A stretch of 39,630 nucleotides of DNA from a virus (lineage: Duplodnaviria > Caudoviricetes), in the IMG/VR virus record IMGVR_UViG_3300032243_000123, positions 1 to 39,630 of that record; one strand, given 5' to 3'. The notes beneath the pieces are model-generated. The model worked only from the letters and a program-made list of their open reading frames with translations. It was not told the origin of the DNA and did not search any database. Below, one piece after another: positions 34,281-39,630 of this stretch. Positions within the stretch are counted from its first letter, which is position 1, and every line of letters begins with the position of its first letter. The translations under genes and the position numbers were made by a program.

Positions 34281-34712
34281 TCATTGTCCTAAGTTCAAAA
34301 CAATCCGCCTGCCGCCGGACTTGAGCTTGTACTCTTTGAACCCCATGCCGGGCATCGGAGGCTTCTTAGAGATGGCGTGGAACAAAGTACTTATTGCTGG
34401 ATCTTCAAACTCTGTGACCAGCATGTTCATACCTAGCTTCTTGGCATAGACTACATACTGGCGGCTATTCTCTACAAAGTTACGAGCCTTATCAGCATTC
34501 AGTGCTTTGAAGAATCCTTGGCCTTTATTCCCTTTATGTAGGATAAATACCGTGTTACCCATTTGCTTTACGTCTGTATTAGGCTGGGACATCTCTGTAA
34601 GTATGGCGGGGAATGCCACTTTAGGAGAATGCTGAGAATGGGTATTTTCCAACGCGATATTAGCTATATCAGCGATGTTGAGCTTTTTCTCCCTGCTATC
34701 CACCATTGCCAT
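34281..34712 (-). CDS. Hypothetical protein; candidate divergent GNAT-like acyltransferase
   Basis: 1-nt gaps to both neighbours, GGAG RBS; alpha/beta pattern and size fit GNAT; occupies the slot of P22 gp14 / T7 gp13. Fold is inferred only. Confidence 0.6.
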   Translation of the reverse strand: MAMVDSREKKLNIADIANIALENTHSQHSPKVAFPAILTEMSQPNTDVKQMGNTVFILHKGNKGQGFFKALNADKARNFVENSRQYVVYAKKLGMNMLVTEFEDPAISTLFHAISKKPPMPGMGFKEYKLKSGGRRIVLNLGQ

Positions 34713-34713
34713 A

Positions 34714-35802
34714 CTAGATCTCCAGAATTGCTGCAGAATACACGTTACCCATGCCAGCGGCCAAGCTGAGAATCAACCCACCGGGGTTAGACTCATCATA
34801 GGAAAGAAATTGGTTGTCATGTCTTGTGCGATTTTCTATCTTCGGCACAATGCCACGTTTTAAGTCATCAATTAACAAACATGTCTCGAGCAAGCCACTG
34901 GCGCCCATAGTGTGTCCGATTTTAGCCTTGTATGACGTTGCAATGTAACTTCCTAAGCAGTAATTTAGGGCGGCCTTTTCAGCTACGTTATTGGAACTTG
35001 TTCCAGTGCCATGGGTTTTGACTACCTTGATCTGCTCGGCAGTAGCGCCAGATACATGCAAAGCACCCTCAATAGCACGGACAAAACCCTGCCCATCCTC
35101 TCGCTGGCCAATAGCATTTGAGTGGTCTTCGCTAGCTGTGTATGCACCTTTGAGGGTGGCCAGTGGGTTGTTAGAGTCAGCTTCAAACACCGCCAGTACA
35201 GCGCCTTGGCCTACTCTGAAGCCGTAGTTTTCATCATCAAATGCCGAAGGTTTTATACCGGCTTCTTCGTCTTTGAGCGTAAGGGATGCTCTGGCCTCAC
35301 CAAAGAACTCCAGTACCGCATTTGATACGGCGTCTTCTACTGACAGAACAATGACCCGAGCAAACCCATAATGGTTAATCAAGGTCTGTACATCCATCAA
35401 TGCTTTAAGACTGGAGGCGCAGGCCGTGGCATCGGTAACAACATGATCCGTAGCACCCAGAGCTTGGGCCGTTCTTCCAGCGTAGACCTGAGTAAGGGAA
35501 AAGGGGAGGAACTTATATTCATAGGACAACCTTGTTGGCTTTTTAGAGCGTGGGTTGATGCCGGCAAAGTGAGCGTTACCTGAAGCAAGAATAAATGCAG
35601 TCTTACCAACGCGGTTTTCGCGTAGGGATTTAACCAGCTCAGGGTCTAGGACTTTCTCAGCTATACGGTGAGGGGCATAGAACATTCCAGTACTTACGCG
35701 AGCGTATGTCTCTGGAAACCAGTGAACCTTTTGAGGAAACGGCCCCTCCATTAGCTCCACAGTAGATGAGTAGGCTGTGCGGTAGTGGGTTAGGTGGATC
35801 AT
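34714..35802 (-). CDS. fabF: Beta-ketoacyl-ACP synthase (FabF/FabB-like)
   Basis: TACASS (Cys ~35420), KTHGTGT (His ~35012), KAKIGHTMGASG (His ~34913), AFD..NYGFRVGQGA. Confidence 0.9.
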   Translation of the reverse strand: MIHLTHYRTAYSSTVELMEGPFPQKVHWFPETYARVSTGMFYAPHRIAEKVLDPELVKSLRENRVGKTAFILASGNAHFAGINPRSKKPTRLSYEYKFLPFSLTQVYAGRTAQALGATDHVVTDATACASSLKALMDVQTLINHYGFARVIVLSVEDAVSNAVLEFFGEARASLTLKDEEAGIKPSAFDDENYGFRVGQGAVLAVFEADSNNPLATLKGAYTASEDHSNAIGQREDGQGFVRAIEGALHVSGATAEQIKVVKTHGTGTSSNNVAEKAALNYCLGSYIATSYKAKIGHTMGASGLLETCLLIDDLKRGIVPKIENRTRHDNQFLSYDESNPGGLILSLAAGMGNVYSAAILEI

Positions 35803-36080
35803 TTAATTTGCTCCAGAGCCCATTCCATGGATTCAGGATCGCGCGTCTTGTGCAGCTGGATAAAGTCATAAAGTTCTTGCACGGTCTCAGGCTGGAATTC
35901 TTTGGATATCTCGTCGTCAATGTCGTAGATCATCCCCATGAACATGCCGATCATCAGCATGTCTAGGGAGTCAAAGCAGGTTTCCTCAAACTTCTCGTCC
36001 ATCCGCTCAATAGGGACAAACTCATGGTGAGCCGGGCGGGCAACTCTGGCTACTTTGTTAAGCAGTTCTATAAAGTTCAT
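35799..36080 (-). CDS. acpP: Acyl carrier protein
   Basis: 93 aa, acidic; FDSLD phosphopantetheine motif (Ser ~35968); ETVQELYDFI terminal helix; ATGA-coupled to the KAS. Confidence 0.85.
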   Translation of the reverse strand: MNFIELLNKVARVARPAHHEFVPIERMDEKFEETCFDSLDMLMIGMFMGMIYDIDDEISKEFQPETVQELYDFIQLHKTRDPESMEWALEQIK

Positions 36081-36427
36081 CCGACCTTCCAGTTTGTTCC
36101 ATCTGAATATACAGGCGTTTTAACTGCACCACCTGTAACCACAGTTGAACCAAATGCCGGAGCCAAAGCATCAGACACAAACGCCCTAGCCCCAATTCCA
36201 GAAGTTGCAGCACTTGGCAGTGTAGCCACCGTGTAAACGGTAAGGGCTGGGATTATCCCGCTGTCTGTACTAAGTTGATCCAATATGCCTTGTATACGAT
36301 TGAAGTACAAACGCAAAACATTATTAAACTGATTTTGGTATAGAGGGGAATACTCTTCCCCGCCAAGAGGCAGTGCTGGTGCCGCAATCTTGTTAATCTC
36401 AGATTCAGAGGTAACAATGTATGTCAT
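36077..36427 (-). CDS. Small tail-associated protein (needle/tip position)
   Basis: Follows the gp10-like gene; VYTVATLPSA...AFVSDA...PVYSDGTNW tail-fibre-type C-terminal module. Confidence 0.65.
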   Translation of the reverse strand: MTYIVTSESEINKIAAPALPLGGEEYSPLYQNQFNNVLRLYFNRIQGILDQLSTDSGIIPALTVYTVATLPSAATSGIGARAFVSDALAPAFGSTVVTGGAVKTPVYSDGTNWKVG

Positions 36428-38559
36428 CGTCTGCCGTCCTGTCTAATGTCTAGACGGGGCGATCCTAGTTGCCAAGTTACTCCTGCGGCAGTAGACCTGA
36501 CTTCCATAGCCATTTGACGGCCTCTAACCCTTGTATAGATCTGCCCCGTGAATTCTTCAATTGGAAGAGTTGCCGTGCGGGTAATAGTGGCCGAGGCATC
36601 GCCACCTACAGACGCTGGGCTGTTATACCCAGAGCCTGAGTTCTGCATGGGTTTTAAGTACATAGTGACTTGCGGGCTAGTTGCCGTAGATCCTCTAAAG
36701 GTAATGTCTGGTACTACACGCCATATAAACCCAAACCTATCGCCGTCATCAATATCAAACTCAGCAGATGTGATGTAAGCCTCAATAGGTAGAGTCGTAC
36801 CCGTAGTCTTATCGTCAACACCAATTTCATGGTTGACTAAGTTGTAGTCATAAGTGGCTCCAATTGGGTAATCGCTTAGACCAGAATCCAACCATGCTGT
36901 TCTGCCCATAGAGCCGTAGTACCAAACGCCTGTACCGCCTTTACCGTCTGGCTCAAGGTAGTTATAGACAACATAAGAGTCGACAACAGTAGAACCAAGC
37001 GAACAATAGAACCACCAGATTTCATTGAAACCTTCGTTAGTTCCAGACATAACTTGGTCAAACTGGTCTTTGTTGATGTTCTCGAATACATGCTGGCGCA
37101 GATCACAAGACAAGGTTTGAGTGCGGCCGTCGTACTTGTAGAACTTATCCACACCCATCCAATAAGCCACGCCACCAGCATAGCCCACAGCGTTTTCACC
37201 AGCGATAGATACGTTATCGCCTACTAGTTGAGAACCCCAAACTACAGGAGCACCCACATATTGAAGGGAGTACAAAGATGAATCAGTCCACACCAATATC
37301 TCTTGGCGAGCCTGCATGGCCGTGACGATCTTAGAGCCATGAGACAAGCGGAGATCACCGGCCGTATTAGTGGCTGATGGCGTCCACTCCACTACTGACT
37401 CTTGGTTAGACCAGCGGATCTGCATAGGGTCTTGGGTAGTCGATCCAAGCGCATTACATCCAAAGGCAAATACATATCTACTTGTATCAGAGACAAGAAG
37501 GTAGTTTTGTACTGTTGGGCAGGCGGATGCGCTGGCTAAACTGGCGATGTTTATGCCCCGCGAGGACACAGAATGAATACCTGACTGAGAAACGCTTGTG
37601 TTGATGTTTGCTCCGCCATAGGTAGCCGTCAGGTTACAAGTTGATCCAGAAGAGTTGGCTACATAGTAGACAGTTCCCACGGATAGTCCTGTAGGCAATG
37701 CGCCCGTGGTAGTCAACTGGATTGCTGTGCCATTAGGAACGCCAGTCAAACTCCCAAACGTAACCACTGCTGGAGTAGCAATCGTGACCGTGAAATTGGA
37801 ACTTGTTACACCTAGATTAGCGTTCCAAAGATAAATAGCACCACCCCTTGGGCCAAAGATAAGGTCTTGCCCAAAATTACTTTGACTCCACAAGCGCATA
37901 GCATCTGTAGATGCCGCACCAAAGCCCCATGTTCCATATCCCCATAGGCCAGTTCCCCAGCCGCTCAAAGGGACTGCATAAGCGGGGCCGGTGTTGATTT
38001 GATATTGGGCAATCACAGTTCCACCGCCGGGCGATCCTGATGCATCCGTTGCATTAGCCGTGGCCGAGACAGTGATTGTGTATGTGTTTACTGTAATGAC
38101 TGTGACTTTGAACTCGCCGGTCAGCACAGCGGCGGTAATGTTTCCACCCAAACTAGTAATGCCTGCACCACTGAAAGTTACATAGTCGTTGGTTATGCAT
38201 CCGTGCGCTGTGGCAGATACAGAGATTACGCTAGAACTAGCCGTAGCCGTGAAAGGATTGGTTAAGGTGGCTGTAGCCCTGATCGGGGTTACATCGTTAT
38301 AAACACCACCACGCTCAATGTAGAACTTTAAGTTAGTGCCTACACCGATTAGGTTAAGTGCGGAGAGAGTAACCCAATTCCACAGGGATCGGCATATGCC
38401 TAGAAACGTGTCAGTGGAGATGCGTTGCCAGCCGCCTATTTTCTCAGGTGTGCCTTGGCGGAAACGGATTTTGTCGCAGTCGTACCAACCGTTCTCATTG
38501 GTATAGCGAGTGTTCTCCTTATTGACCCCCGGCCTTAGAGCTAGTTTTTTTAGTGGCAT
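36424..38559 (-). CDS. Tail nozzle / DNA stabilization protein (P22 gp10-like) with Thr/Gly-rich inserts
   Basis: RPGVNKENT, PEKIGGW, IRWSNQE, NTAGDLRL, EIWWFY, YVVYNY, RVRGRQ; beta-propeller-like composition. Confidence 0.75.
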   Translation of the reverse strand: MPLKKLALRPGVNKENTRYTNENGWYDCDKIRFRQGTPEKIGGWQRISTDTFLGICRSLWNWVTLSALNLIGVGTNLKFYIERGGVYNDVTPIRATATLTNPFTATASSSVISVSATAHGCITNDYVTFSGAGITSLGGNITAAVLTGEFKVTVITVNTYTITVSATANATDASGSPGGGTVIAQYQINTGPAYAVPLSGWGTGLWGYGTWGFGAASTDAMRLWSQSNFGQDLIFGPRGGAIYLWNANLGVTSSNFTVTIATPAVVTFGSLTGVPNGTAIQLTTTGALPTGLSVGTVYYVANSSGSTCNLTATYGGANINTSVSQSGIHSVSSRGINIASLASASACPTVQNYLLVSDTSRYVFAFGCNALGSTTQDPMQIRWSNQESVVEWTPSATNTAGDLRLSHGSKIVTAMQARQEILVWTDSSLYSLQYVGAPVVWGSQLVGDNVSIAGENAVGYAGGVAYWMGVDKFYKYDGRTQTLSCDLRQHVFENINKDQFDQVMSGTNEGFNEIWWFYCSLGSTVVDSYVVYNYLEPDGKGGTGVWYYGSMGRTAWLDSGLSDYPIGATYDYNLVNHEIGVDDKTTGTTLPIEAYITSAEFDIDDGDRFGFIWRVVPDITFRGSTATSPQVTMYLKPMQNSGSGYNSPASVGGDASATITRTATLPIEEFTGQIYTRVRGRQMAMEVRSTAAGVTWQLGSPRLDIRQDGRR

Positions 38560-38567
38560 TTCTAATC

Positions 38568-39044
38568 CTATGACAAGAACAGGGCGCGTTCATCATTTCG
38601 TCTTGTGACTAAACCTTTTAACACTTTACCCCCAGCCTTAGTGTATTTCAAGAATTCGTCTGCCGCACCTTCAATATCCCCGCGAAGAACCTTCTGACGC
38701 AGGGTTGAGCGCTGTAGTGTTCCCAAACCAACATTAAAGCTAAAAGATACAAGACCATCGAAGTTGCCTTGGGTAAGTTGAACTGGGCATAGGGTTGATA
38801 CGCCCCGCTCAAAACGAGCCAGATCTGCTCTAAGAATTGCATCGACCTCCTCCATCGGGTACACACGGTTATCTTCTGGAAGCAGTTGAACTGCCGCCCT
38901 TTGGTCTACAGGCAACCTAGCCTGTGAGTCATACATCAAGTGTCCGCAACCAACCGTCCAGAGGTATACCGAGTCCCGATAAGGCTTTTGCCTCACCCCC
39001 TCATGGTGTTTTATATCCTCAATACAAAGGGCGCTTATCTTCAT
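38568..39044 (-). CDS. Endolysin, GH24 lysozyme
   Basis: HEG..PYRD...WTVGCGH (E-D-T triad), FDGLVSFSFNVG, GLVTRRNDERALF. Confidence 0.93.
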   Translation of the reverse strand: MKISALCIEDIKHHEGVRQKPYRDSVYLWTVGCGHLMYDSQARLPVDQRAAVQLLPEDNRVYPMEEVDAILRADLARFERGVSTLCPVQLTQGNFDGLVSFSFNVGLGTLQRSTLRQKVLRGDIEGAADEFLKYTKAGGKVLKGLVTRRNDERALFLS

Positions 39045-39547
39045 TTCTTACCAAATGCTTGTGTACCAAACCAGAATGACACCACAGATGCCCAAATGAT
39101 CTGTGTCTCGTTATCCCACAGCAGGTTTAGCGCCACATCAAACGGCACTTCCTTGTGATATGCAAACCAAAAGCCAAAAATCTCCACAAAGGCAAACAAA
39201 ATAAACATGCCGTAGGTTATGGCTGGACGCACCATAGCGCGTGCGTTAATTACCCACAGGCTAGCCCCTTGACCGATAGCAATATCGTGCGCATACAGGG
39301 CTTGACGCTCTTGCATGGCAGTTTGGTTATTGGTCACTTCAGCATTGATCTGCACCTGCTCCGTCTGTATATGCTCAATGCGCTCTTGGGCTTCTAGGCC
39401 AGCCTTCTTCAAGGTCAACTCACGCTCAGTCTGCATAGCCGCTAGAGCTAGTTCATGCTTCTTATCAGCACGGTCTTGGAAGAAGTCCATCAGCTTGGGT
39501 AGCCCGCCCATCAGGAAAGACAGTAGAGTTGAGAATAGTGTCATCAT
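39041..39547 (-). CDS. Holin-like membrane protein (3 TM)
   Basis: N-terminal hydrophobic helix, coiled coil, VRPAITY, two TM segments, SFWFG end; coupled to the lysozyme. Confidence 0.65.
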   Translation of the reverse strand: MMTLFSTLLSFLMGGLPKLMDFFQDRADKKHELALAAMQTERELTLKKAGLEAQERIEHIQTEQVQINAEVTNNQTAMQERQALYAHDIAIGQGASLWVINARAMVRPAITYGMFILFAFVEIFGFWFAYHKEVPFDVALNLLWDNETQIIWASVVSFWFGTQAFGKK

Positions 39548-39630
39548 TTGCTTTCCTTTAGTTCACGTTTAAGTTTGCGTAGCTCTTTCATCTCTTGCTT
39601 GAGCTGGGCTTTCATATACAAGGTTTCCAC
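39544..39630 (-). CDS. 3' end of an upstream gene (partial)
   Basis: Open frame ...VETLYMKAQLKQEMKELRKLKRELKESK* overlapping the holin start. Confidence 0.55.
   Translation of the reverse strand: METLYMKAQLKQEMKELRKLKRELKESK

Noticed and set aside
34714-36080. ACP/KAS as host contamination, misassembly or a PKS cluster
   Set aside because: Both genes are translationally coupled to flanking phage genes with matching composition; no chain-length factor, cyclase or other fab/PKS genes are present

Overview
Part of a tailed (podovirus-like) dsDNA phage genome, about 48% GC by eye; a proteobacterial host is inferred from the sigma70 promoters and gene types. Left to right: (1) the 5' part of a terminase small subunit gene running off the left edge; (2) a + strand early operon of about 20 small genes (including GP88-like and DUF6884-like genes) containing a complete hammerhead ribozyme; (3) a - strand replication operon (structured leader RNA, small genes, ParB-like protein, SF2 helicase, TOPRIM primase) plus ruvC; (4) a + strand recombination operon (PD-(D/E)XK exonuclease, ERF, SSB-like, RHH, YbcO-like nuclease); (5) the end of a - strand late operon: holin-like protein, lysozyme, gp10-like tail protein, small tail protein, acyl carrier protein, ketoacyl synthase, a 143-aa unknown, three probable ejection proteins and a 4544-aa DarB-like polyvalent protein. 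Most notable: the ACP-KAS cassette translationally coupled inside the virion module next to a Met-Gly-starting ejection protein (possible virion-protein lipidation system); a probable nested gene inside the giant protein; a CCGG-free first 11.2 kb; and two structured RNAs. All family calls are from motif recognition by eye; no searches were run.
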